In this document: in pieces, positions 36,115-43,586 of the stretch
How the letters are laid out: each line of letters opens with the position of its first letter
How positions within the stretch are numbered: the first letter of the stretch is position 1
Origin: an uncultured Bdellovibrionales bacterium
Lineage (GTDB): Bacteria > Bdellovibrionota > Bdellovibrionia > Bdellovibrionales > UBA1609
Direction of reading: 5' to 3'
Assembly (NCBI GenBank): GCA_937936325.1
Contig: CALGWV010000031.1
Coordinates: 1-47,855 of the forward strand
DNA: 47,855 nucleotides
Position numbers and translations under genes: made by a program
Notes under the pieces: generated by a model
The model's input: only the letters and a program-made list of their open reading frames with translations
Databases searched by the model: none
Told to the model about the DNA's origin: nothing

Positions 36115-37641
36115 ATGAAAAAGATAGCATTAGCTCTTACTGGAGCATTTCTCATCACGGTGACATATATGACAATCCAAAATAATAAAGAAACTAAAAC
36201 AGTATTAAATGTTGGTTTTCCTGGATATTGGAAAGACTTGATTCCAGCACTACAACATACAGCATTAGCTGATGCTATTCTACATAACCAATTTGAAGCA
36301 CTTGTTGGAGGCGGTCATGGTGGTGCAATTGTTCCTCATGCGGCAAAGTCATGGAAAATTAGTGAAGATAAGAAAGTGATTGTATTTAAAATAGATACGT
36401 CTAAAAAATTTTCCAATGGGAAAAAATTAAAGGCTAAGCATTTTAAGGAATCTTGGGAGCATGGCTTATCATTGGAATCAAAATCAGCGAATAGTAGTTT
36501 ACAAGACGTTATTTACAAAATTGTCGGTTATCAAGATTTTAAAAATACGGGAAAGCTTTCAGGCGTGTCGGCTCCAGATGATGAAACTCTTATTGTAGAA
36601 TTTGAAAAACCTTTCAGAATGGGTCTTGCACACTTGATGGGTGCAAGAATGGCCGCATTTATTATCGAAGACGGAAAATATCTTGGCACAGGCCCGTATA
36701 TTATCCATGACTCAACTGAAAAAAAAGTACATTTAACCAAAAATCCATTTAACAAATCAGATGCTTATTTCGAAAGAATTAATATTGAAGTTGTTCCTTC
36801 TAGTGAGGCTGAAAGCGCTCTTCAAAGTGGGAAAATTGATTTATATGCATTTGCCGAAATTACTAAATTAAAAGATTGCTTCTTAGAAAATAAAAAAACA
36901 GGTTGCCAGTCTGGTATGGAAAGCAGACATATGACTCTAAATGTTAATGGCAAAAAAGGAAGGTTTTTTAGTAATCCCAACTACAGAAAAGCTCTTCAGT
37001 ATCTTCTACATCAGGGGATAGAAGATTCTTTTCCGAACGAAGAAAAGTTCAAGACTAAGGTAGATCCTCAAATATACCTACCCTTGCAATCTGGACGAAT
37101 TGAAAGTGACAGAGCAAATGAAATAATTGAAGATGGAAAAAAATACGTAGATGATTTTATTAAGGCTACTGAAAAAAATCCGTTATTTTTCGCAACTTTT
37201 AATAAACATTCATGGATTAAAGGTATTCTCGAAAATAAAGGGGTTAAACTTTCACAAGAGTCTGTCAAAATTAAAGGCTCTCGTGTTTTAGAAATGTTTT
37301 ATAAAACCCACGAGCCTGACTTGTTATTTACTTTTGCTAGCGTTGCAAGTGGAGATCCAGATGGAATCTATCACGTGCTTGGAAAACACGGCTCTATTTC
37401 ATCGCCTATGATACAACGAAGTAAGGTAGCGGAAATTCTTGAAAGTGGTCGGAGTATAACTGATCCAAGTGAAGTGAACCGTCACTATAAAAAAGTGAGT
37501 GAAGTCGTTTTAGAAGAAGTTCCTTTTGTACATCTTGGCTTTTTAAAGACTGTTGTCGTTTTTAGAAAAGACAGAATTAATGTAAGAAAGAAGTTTGTTG
37601 AACGATCAGACAATCAATTTACAGCATATGAAGCCTTGTGA
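36115..37641 (+). CDS. Family-5 (peptide/nickel type) solute-binding protein, orphan (no ABC permease/ATPase nearby)
   Basis: 508 aa with an N-terminal signal anchor. The length and N-terminal region (LNVGFPGYWKDLIPALQHT...LVGG...AKSWKISEDKK) resemble SBP_bac_5. Starts 3 nt after the previous stop. Confidence 0.7.
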   Translation: MKKIALALTGAFLITVTYMTIQNNKETKTVLNVGFPGYWKDLIPALQHTALADAILHNQFEALVGGGHGGAIVPHAAKSWKISEDKKVIVFKIDTSKKFSNGKKLKAKHFKESWEHGLSLESKSANSSLQDVIYKIVGYQDFKNTGKLSGVSAPDDETLIVEFEKPFRMGLAHLMGARMAAFIIEDGKYLGTGPYIIHDSTEKKVHLTKNPFNKSDAYFERINIEVVPSSEAESALQSGKIDLYAFAEITKLKDCFLENKKTGCQSGMESRHMTLNVNGKKGRFFSNPNYRKALQYLLHQGIEDSFPNEEKFKTKVDPQIYLPLQSGRIESDRANEIIEDGKKYVDDFIKATEKNPLFFATFNKHSWIKGILENKGVKLSQESVKIKGSRVLEMFYKTHEPDLLFTFASVASGDPDGIYHVLGKHGSISSPMIQRSKVAEILESGRSITDPSEVNRHYKKVSEVVLEEVPFVHLGFLKTVVVFRKDRINVRKKFVERSDNQFTAYEAL

Positions 37642-39320
37642 AAGATGAACAGATGATAAGCCTTAATAAATGGTTTGCTAGAAATGCTAGATACCCATTA
37701 ATTTTATCATCTGTCTTTATAGCGATAGTCACAATTGTTTTTATCTCAACAGCTTTTATTAAGAAAGAACGAAACCAAATAAGTGTTATAAAACAACTTA
37801 CTCAAAGTATTTTTGCAGTTGCTATTACACAAAACAACAGACCATTGTTGGAGTCTGCTTTTACTGTTGCTGCCGAAGACCTTGGAGTTAACGTTATTAT
37901 ACTTTGTAACAATGATGAAGAAATGCTTTCAATTCCCTTCTCTATAGAAAGCTGCAAAAAGCTACCCAAAGCAAAAATCACAGAGAAGTTTGTAACATTT
38001 CAGCCTTCGGGATTTTCATCGTACAGAGTATATGCATATATAGACAGGTTGCACAATTCTTGGTCATTGATATATACTGCTGCTTTCACGTTTTTCTTCT
38101 TAATAATAACATTCTTACTAACTTATCGAGTCCAATGGATTTTTGATAAGGAAATAATTTCTCCAATTGCAAATCAATTGTTATCAGAAAAAGAAATTAA
38201 AATTTTAGAGATAAACGATTTGCGAAAAAACTTAAAACAAAAAGAGATGCTGATGGAAAAGGAATTATCTGCCAGCTCAGCCATTGCGCACAAAAAAAGT
38301 TTAGCTCATAATATAAAATCCAAAATTCATACATTAAGGAGTGTTCACAGTGAAATCAACAAACTAATTCCTGAAAGAAGTAACAAAACACTTTCTAGTT
38401 TAATCAAGTCCTTCACAACTATGCATAATAATCTCAACGATATAGTTCAGAAAGAAGTAGAGGATATTCCATTATCAAAAGAATCATTCGATGAAACTAT
38501 TTCTCTTGTTAATAGAAATAGGTCTTTCGTTAATATTATAGAGGTACTAAATTCTTGCATTGAACACAAAAAAAGCGAATTTAAAAAAATTAAAATTCAC
38601 TTTGATCTAACACCTAATCTTTTAGTTTTTTCAAAAATTTCAGAGTTGCAATTTAGACACATAATTTCGAACTTAATTAATAATTCAATCGAAGCAAATG
38701 CCTTAGAAATAAATTTTGAAATAAAGATAGATTCAGAAATAATTATTAGAGTAATAGATAATGGAAACGGGATTGCGCCTGACGTGATAGACAGCTTGTT
38801 TGAAAAAGACATAACTGCTGGGAAAATAGGTGGAACTGGATTTGGCTTATTTCATGCTAAAAGATTTTTAGAGTCCTGGAATGGAACCATCAAAGTGCTT
38901 AAAACAGATAATGCAGGATCAACATTTGAGCTTAGCTTGCCTAAATGGGAGCCTCAGAGAATAGAAATACCATTAAACTCGAAAGTATCAATTCTTGATG
39001 ACGACCCAAATGTACATGAAAACTGGGAAAACTTATTGGGTAAAAGAAAAGATGTCACAATAACTAAGTTTAATAATACAAATGATTTTGAAAGATGGAT
39101 TGATGAAGACGTTACTGACTATTCAAATCTACTCTGCTTCATAGATAATGACTTAGGCGAAAAGACTACTGGATCTGAATTAATAGTCTCTCTTGGTATA
39201 CAAAATATTTGCTCTTTGGTAAGTAACAGTTTCGATGACCCAGTAGTTGTTAGTCGTTGCGAAAGTAGCAACATTCCAATAATTCCAAAAATAGCTTTAG
39301 AAAAATACATTTCAATCTGA
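37638..39320 (+). CDS. Hybrid sensor histidine kinase (2 TM + periplasmic loop + HisKA-like + HATPase_c + C-terminal receiver)
   Basis: GTGA overlap with the SBP stop (alternative ATG at 37653). H-box-like LAHNIKSKIHTL, N box SNLINNSIEAN, G1 DNGNGI, G2 GGTGFGL. Receiver-like tail (VSILDDDP...CFIDNDLG). Confidence 0.8.
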   Translation: MKDEQMISLNKWFARNARYPLILSSVFIAIVTIVFISTAFIKKERNQISVIKQLTQSIFAVAITQNNRPLLESAFTVAAEDLGVNVIILCNNDEEMLSIPFSIESCKKLPKAKITEKFVTFQPSGFSSYRVYAYIDRLHNSWSLIYTAAFTFFFLIITFLLTYRVQWIFDKEIISPIANQLLSEKEIKILEINDLRKNLKQKEMLMEKELSASSAIAHKKSLAHNIKSKIHTLRSVHSEINKLIPERSNKTLSSLIKSFTTMHNNLNDIVQKEVEDIPLSKESFDETISLVNRNRSFVNIIEVLNSCIEHKKSEFKKIKIHFDLTPNLLVFSKISELQFRHIISNLINNSIEANALEINFEIKIDSEIIIRVIDNGNGIAPDVIDSLFEKDITAGKIGGTGFGLFHAKRFLESWNGTIKVLKTDNAGSTFELSLPKWEPQRIEIPLNSKVSILDDDPNVHENWENLLGKRKDVTITKFNNTNDFERWIDEDVTDYSNLLCFIDNDLGEKTTGSELIVSLGIQNICSLVSNSFDDPVVVSRCESSNIPIIPKIALEKYISI

Positions 39321-39368
39321 TTTATTTTTATTCACTCAAAACTCTTTAATTCTTTCCTCTTTAAACAT

Positions 39369-39461
39369 TGTCCCAAGGCTGGTTTTCGTGTTTCAGGCGC
39401 GGGACACCAAAAAATATAACTATTCCAATGAGTTATAAAAACTTGTTCCAGTCATGGGACG
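39369..39461. promoter_or_regulatory. Second cluster of GTCCCA/TGGGAC motifs (candidate enhancer sites)
   Basis: TGTCCCAAGGCTGG (39369-39382) is identical to 33077-33090. CGGGAC lies at 39400-39405 and CCAGTCATGGGACG at 39448-39461. Confidence 0.5.
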
Positions 39462-39523
39462 TTTTATAACTTTCAAAATTTTATAAAAACTAAAATAACC
39501 AATGTTATCAGTAGCTTAGCTGT

Positions 39524-39538
39524 TGGCACATGCCTTGT
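39524..39538 (+). promoter_or_regulatory. Sigma-54-like promoter (imperfect -12)
   Basis: TGGCAC-ATGCC-TTGT has a perfect -24 element and correct spacing, but the -12 reads GT instead of GC. It sits about 57 nt before the ATG at 39595. Confidence 0.5.
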
Positions 39539-39594
39539 AATAGTAAGTCATGAAATCAAACAGTCAAGTTTGGTTTTTTAAAAAGGGAGAGGAA

Positions 39595-39882
39595 ATGAAA
39601 AGCCTATTTTTACTTACAGTTCTAGTACAAGGCACAAACAGTTTTGCATTTGAAGCAAATCTTAAAGGCTCAGAGACGCTCACTACTAAAGAGATCGTTG
39701 AATCAGGAGCAACGTCAGTTTCATGCAAAGACAGCAAGCCTACCTGTGTTCTCCAAGGTGACGTTTACGGCATACATTATGCCGGACAAGAGTTTAAAGA
39801 CATAGTTTGGATTGAAAAACCACTCGGTTCAACGACTAGAGAGGCATTAAAACAACTTAAAGCGGATGGCTTTTGTAACTAA
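39595..39882 (+). CDS. Small secreted protein of unknown function
   Basis: Start moved to MKSLFLLTVLVQGTNSFA (GGGAGAGG RBS). 95 aa with three Cys. Confidence 0.55.
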   Translation: MKSLFLLTVLVQGTNSFAFEANLKGSETLTTKEIVESGATSVSCKDSKPTCVLQGDVYGIHYAGQEFKDIVWIEKPLGSTTREALKQLKADGFCN

Positions 39883-39904
39883 CTAAAAATAATTGGGAGA
39901 AAAT

Positions 39905-40147
39905 ATGAATTTACTAAAAATAGCATCATCACAGCCAGACTGTCCTTTTGATTGCTCTAACCTAGATAAGTACATTTCAAGTGATGAGCTTTGGAGTTTC
40001 ATCAATGAAAACGTCAATAGATTGGTTCGTAAAGTACCAAAAAGTGAAGAGATAGAAAGATCGCTTTGGGAGATTAAAAAAGAGTTAAATTTTATTTTCT
40101 CCCAATATTCAATCGTAGAGATTAACAACTCACAGGAGATTAAATAA
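39905..40147 (+). CDS. Hypothetical small cytoplasmic protein
   Basis: ATG at 39905 with a GGGAGA RBS. Its stop abuts the next start (TAATG junction at 40145-40149). Confidence 0.5.
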   Translation: MNLLKIASSQPDCPFDCSNLDKYISSDELWSFINENVNRLVRKVPKSEEIERSLWEIKKELNFIFSQYSIVEINNSQEIK

Positions 40148-40338
40148 TGACACCAAAACTTATTAAAGAAATGACTGAACTACTAGAGAAAATCGAAGAT
40201 CAAAATCTTCACCATAGGGATTCAGAGACTCATGAAAGTTTTACCCTCTTAGATAAACTGATTTGCGAGATCAATGACTTTTGGGACGGCTTTAGAGAGC
40301 CGCGCTATGTAGAAAAATATGAACAACTGGTTTCTTAA
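40147..40338 (+). CDS. Hypothetical small acidic protein
   Basis: 63-aa ORF, translationally coupled upstream. Confidence 0.45.
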   Translation: MTPKLIKEMTELLEKIEDQNLHHRDSETHESFTLLDKLICEINDFWDGFREPRYVEKYEQLVS

Positions 40339-40347
40339 GGGGGAACG

Positions 40348-40581
40348 ATGAATAAGTTTAACAAACGAAAATTTGAAAAAGAAGAAATTGAAAGATTTGC
40401 CAACAAGTTGGTGGAAGTTTTTAAAAATCATTATGGGATTGATATTACTTATGGAAATTTGAACTTTGTCTACCACCAAGGGGTCTGTAAAAGTGTAACT
40501 CTTGAATCAAGAAATCGAATTTGTAATTTCAGAGAATCAGTAGACAAGCCCGTAATTAAGTTTGCAAAGAAGGTGTCATGA
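40348..40581 (+). CDS. Hypothetical small basic protein
   Basis: GGGGGA RBS. ATGA overlap with the following large gene. Confidence 0.5.
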   Translation: MNKFNKRKFEKEEIERFANKLVEVFKNHYGIDITYGNLNFVYHQGVCKSVTLESRNRICNFRESVDKPVIKFAKKVS

Positions 40582-43500
40582 ATACAGATAAAGACATAAG
40601 TCTTCCAATCGCACTATTGCTTTTCGGAGCAATAGTCGCTGTTTTCTTAGGACTGCACTTTAAAGCAGATATTTACGGGATCTTAGAGATTTCAGATATT
40701 TTGTATAAGGAGTACAGAACCTATATTCTAATTTTCTTAAGTATCATATTTTTAAACACGATCATATCGTCTTTATATTTAAGAAGGCTTCTGGGCCTCT
40801 CTAAACAAGGGGCAAGATTAAACTCGATTAGACCTAATGGAGCCAGTGTATCTCAACGAGGGATAATTTTTCTAGTAACTCTTCTGACCTCAATTCTAAT
40901 GATGACTTTGGTTAGTGATCAATTCATCCCAAAATTTCCAGAAGCGATTGGGGCTTTAGAGATTTTCAAATGGCAATCGTTTTTCTTCAAGTTCAACTTA
41001 GGACTTTTTGCTGCATTTGTATTTTACAGAATAATAGGATTTCTAAAGGTTGATGATCTTTTTTCATCAAGAGTTAAAATTAAAAGATTCCCTAAGGCCA
41101 AGAGTCAAATCACTCTAGGCACATCCCCAGCAGATAAGAAAGAAAAATGGGTCAGTTTAGATAGAAAGGCCTTAAACGGTTCAATATTAATCACCGGCTC
41201 AATTGGCTCGGGTAAAACTGCTGGTGCCATGCTCCCGTACTTTAAACAAGTACTCACTAATTTTGATCGAAAATCTATTTTAGCAATTGATCCTAAAAGA
41301 ACTTTCGTTGATGAAGCACAAAATCTTATAGACCAGTACAATCCAGAATCTATTGTAAGAAGAATAACTCTCGGTGGAACCGAAAAATACAATCCAATTT
41401 ATCTGAATAAGGTTCTTAAAAATACAAGATTTCTGGTTGTCACAAAGATGTTGATGCAAAGTGCTGCTAACTTTTCAAATGATGGGAGCAAAAATTCTTT
41501 TTGGGATCAAAGTGCGTTCAACCTTGTCAAAAATTCTTTGATCTACTGTGCGGCAATGAGCGAGTACTATACTCTCAATGAGCTATACAGTGCTTTAATT
41601 AGGGCCACAACTGTAGACCTCGCTGATGACTTAGAAAAAATGCTTTTAACTAAAAAGAGTGATTCTAAATTTGATGAAGAGGAACTCTTTAACATCAATT
41701 GCGCCATAAATTACTTTAAGCTTGAATTTAAATGCTATGACCAGAAAATAAAAACTAGTGTTTTGGCCACAGCAACAAGTTTTCTAAATCAGTTTCAAGA
41801 ATACCAAGCTTCACAGATCTTTTGCCCTCCTAAGGATGAACGAACCATATTGAGCATTGATGAGGTTGTGGACAAGGGAGAAATCATTCTATTTGATGTA
41901 GATAACCCTGCTTTAGCTAAATCAATGGGAACAATTATAAAGCTTCAATACGAAGATTCAATTTTAACCAGAGTTGCTGATAAAAAACGAGGTAAAGAAG
42001 TTCCGGCCTTTCTCATAATAGATGAGGCACAAGACGTTGTGAGTTCTGCTGGAGGTGATGGGCTTGGAGATGACAGATTCTTAGCTAAGTGTCGTGAAGC
42101 AAATGCCATTTGTATTATGGCCTCTCAAAGTTATTCATCTATTCAAAGTACATTTAAAAGTGAGGTGGCAACAAGAGAGCTTGTTCAAAACTTTAGAACA
42201 AGAATCGCTTTTCACTCCGCAGATGAGAAAACCATAAACAATTACAAAGAATTAGTAGGCCAATCTGAAAGTGAAAAGAAATCTCACAGCATTTCAGAGA
42301 TAGCCCAAAAAACAGAGAAAAACTATTTACTAGGAGGTTTTGATTCAAAAGACGCAAATATCAGTGAGTCGATTAACATCAGCACACAAAAAGAATGGGA
42401 TATTACAGGAAGAGAGTTCACAAGCTTAGGAACTTTTGAAGCTTGGGGGCTAGTTTATAATGGGAAAAGGACAGAGCTTAAGAAGCTCTATATGAAACCA
42501 AACTTTCTTGAAAGGCCCGAGACTGTCCATAGCAAGGTTCTAGATTCATTGTCACCAGAGGCAACTGGTCTACTTAGGAAGTCAGTGAGGTGGATTCTCG
42601 GAGCTTTAACAGGCCTTGCAATAACATCTTCGGCAAATGCTTTTCCATCTATTTGCTCAGTGATTAATCAGCCTAGCTTTAGGTCCTGCTTTTCTTTTAA
42701 CGTAAGTCCAACGATGTGTGGAAGTTTCCCGCCAAGGCCATGTGCGAGACTTAGCTATTATGTGCCTCAAACTTTCATTGAAACGACCAGCAGCAAAGGA
42801 CTTTCTCACTTCTCATCTCTTCCCATAGCAGCGGCCCAGTTAGCGGGAGTCATCAAGAAAAAGCCTTACGGGGCCGTGAATGATGATGACACTCAGTCAT
42901 TTCAGGCAAGGACAATTGCAGTCCCGCTAACGCAAATGGCTTTTTCAGGGATGCCTTGTGGCGGGGCAAGGCAAGAAAAAATGTGTTTCGATGGCATGAG
43001 CGAACACATAGACACTCACTGGTCTACGGGCAAAGGCGATCTCTTGCAGCCTGCTTTTCTAGCATGGAAAGTTAGTCCAAAGCTCTGCCTCTTGAAAGGG
43101 GCCGCCACCTCCGTGGTAGGCGGCCCCACTGGGGTTGTAGGAGCTGGATCACCTAGTTGCAGTATGCCGTTTCAAACCCTTCCAGTATTTCCTCCATCGG
43201 GTATGCCAGTATGTACAGGCTGGGGTGTGATGTTTCCAAGATACGGAACAACTGTTGGCGGCTCAGAGGTAATGGGCTCACTTAATATAGCGAGCAGAAT
43301 TAAAAGTCTCTCTGTTGAGGTTTTTAAAAATATGCCTGCTGGCTTTGATGAAAAATGGTCTATGCTCTCACCAAATTCAAGTCAGTGCTTCAGAGAATTT
43401 GAAAACATGGGAAAGCTTGAAACATTCAACCTCGTGAATAACCGAGGAAGAACTATCGGAAAAGATTTACGTGGAAACTTATTCACCACATGGAAGAGAG

Positions 43501-43586
43501 TCAGTTGCACAAGAGATTGGGCGGCAGTTCCTTTTTATAAAGCTCAAGTCGAGCTTTTAAGTGCAATATGTAAGGGGCTTAACTAA
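40578..43586 (+). CDS. Type IV coupling-protein-like ATPase (TraD/VirD4-like) continuous in frame with a TraU-like periplasmic domain
   Basis: N-terminal TM helices, Walker A GSIGSGKTAG and Walker B FLIIDEAQD. Then an internal signal-peptide-like segment RWILGALTGLAITSSANA. The Cys-rich C-terminal 330 aa is collinear with my recollection of F TraU (MFPRYGTT..SEVMGSL / MYPFNGWV..SSPLQSS; SQCFREF / GQCHPFG; TTWKRVSC / LMWRKRNC). Confidence 0.6.
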   Translation: MNTDKDISLPIALLLFGAIVAVFLGLHFKADIYGILEISDILYKEYRTYILIFLSIIFLNTIISSLYLRRLLGLSKQGARLNSIRPNGASVSQRGIIFLVTLLTSILMMTLVSDQFIPKFPEAIGALEIFKWQSFFFKFNLGLFAAFVFYRIIGFLKVDDLFSSRVKIKRFPKAKSQITLGTSPADKKEKWVSLDRKALNGSILITGSIGSGKTAGAMLPYFKQVLTNFDRKSILAIDPKRTFVDEAQNLIDQYNPESIVRRITLGGTEKYNPIYLNKVLKNTRFLVVTKMLMQSAANFSNDGSKNSFWDQSAFNLVKNSLIYCAAMSEYYTLNELYSALIRATTVDLADDLEKMLLTKKSDSKFDEEELFNINCAINYFKLEFKCYDQKIKTSVLATATSFLNQFQEYQASQIFCPPKDERTILSIDEVVDKGEIILFDVDNPALAKSMGTIIKLQYEDSILTRVADKKRGKEVPAFLIIDEAQDVVSSAGGDGLGDDRFLAKCREANAICIMASQSYSSIQSTFKSEVATRELVQNFRTRIAFHSADEKTINNYKELVGQSESEKKSHSISEIAQKTEKNYLLGGFDSKDANISESINISTQKEWDITGREFTSLGTFEAWGLVYNGKRTELKKLYMKPNFLERPETVHSKVLDSLSPEATGLLRKSVRWILGALTGLAITSSANAFPSICSVINQPSFRSCFSFNVSPTMCGSFPPRPCARLSYYVPQTFIETTSSKGLSHFSSLPIAAAQLAGVIKKKPYGAVNDDDTQSFQARTIAVPLTQMAFSGMPCGGARQEKMCFDGMSEHIDTHWSTGKGDLLQPAFLAWKVSPKLCLLKGAATSVVGGPTGVVGAGSPSCSMPFQTLPVFPPSGMPVCTGWGVMFPRYGTTVGGSEVMGSLNIASRIKSLSVEVFKNMPAGFDEKWSMLSPNSSQCFREFENMGKLETFNLVNNRGRTIGKDLRGNLFTTWKRVSCTRDWAAVPFYKAQVELLSAICKGLN

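Noticed and set aside
39550-39594. Upstream ATG extension of the small secreted protein (MKSNSQVWFFKKGEE)
   Set aside because: It would place the start at or before the predicted transcription start. The ATG at 39595 has a strong RBS and begins a proper signal peptide.
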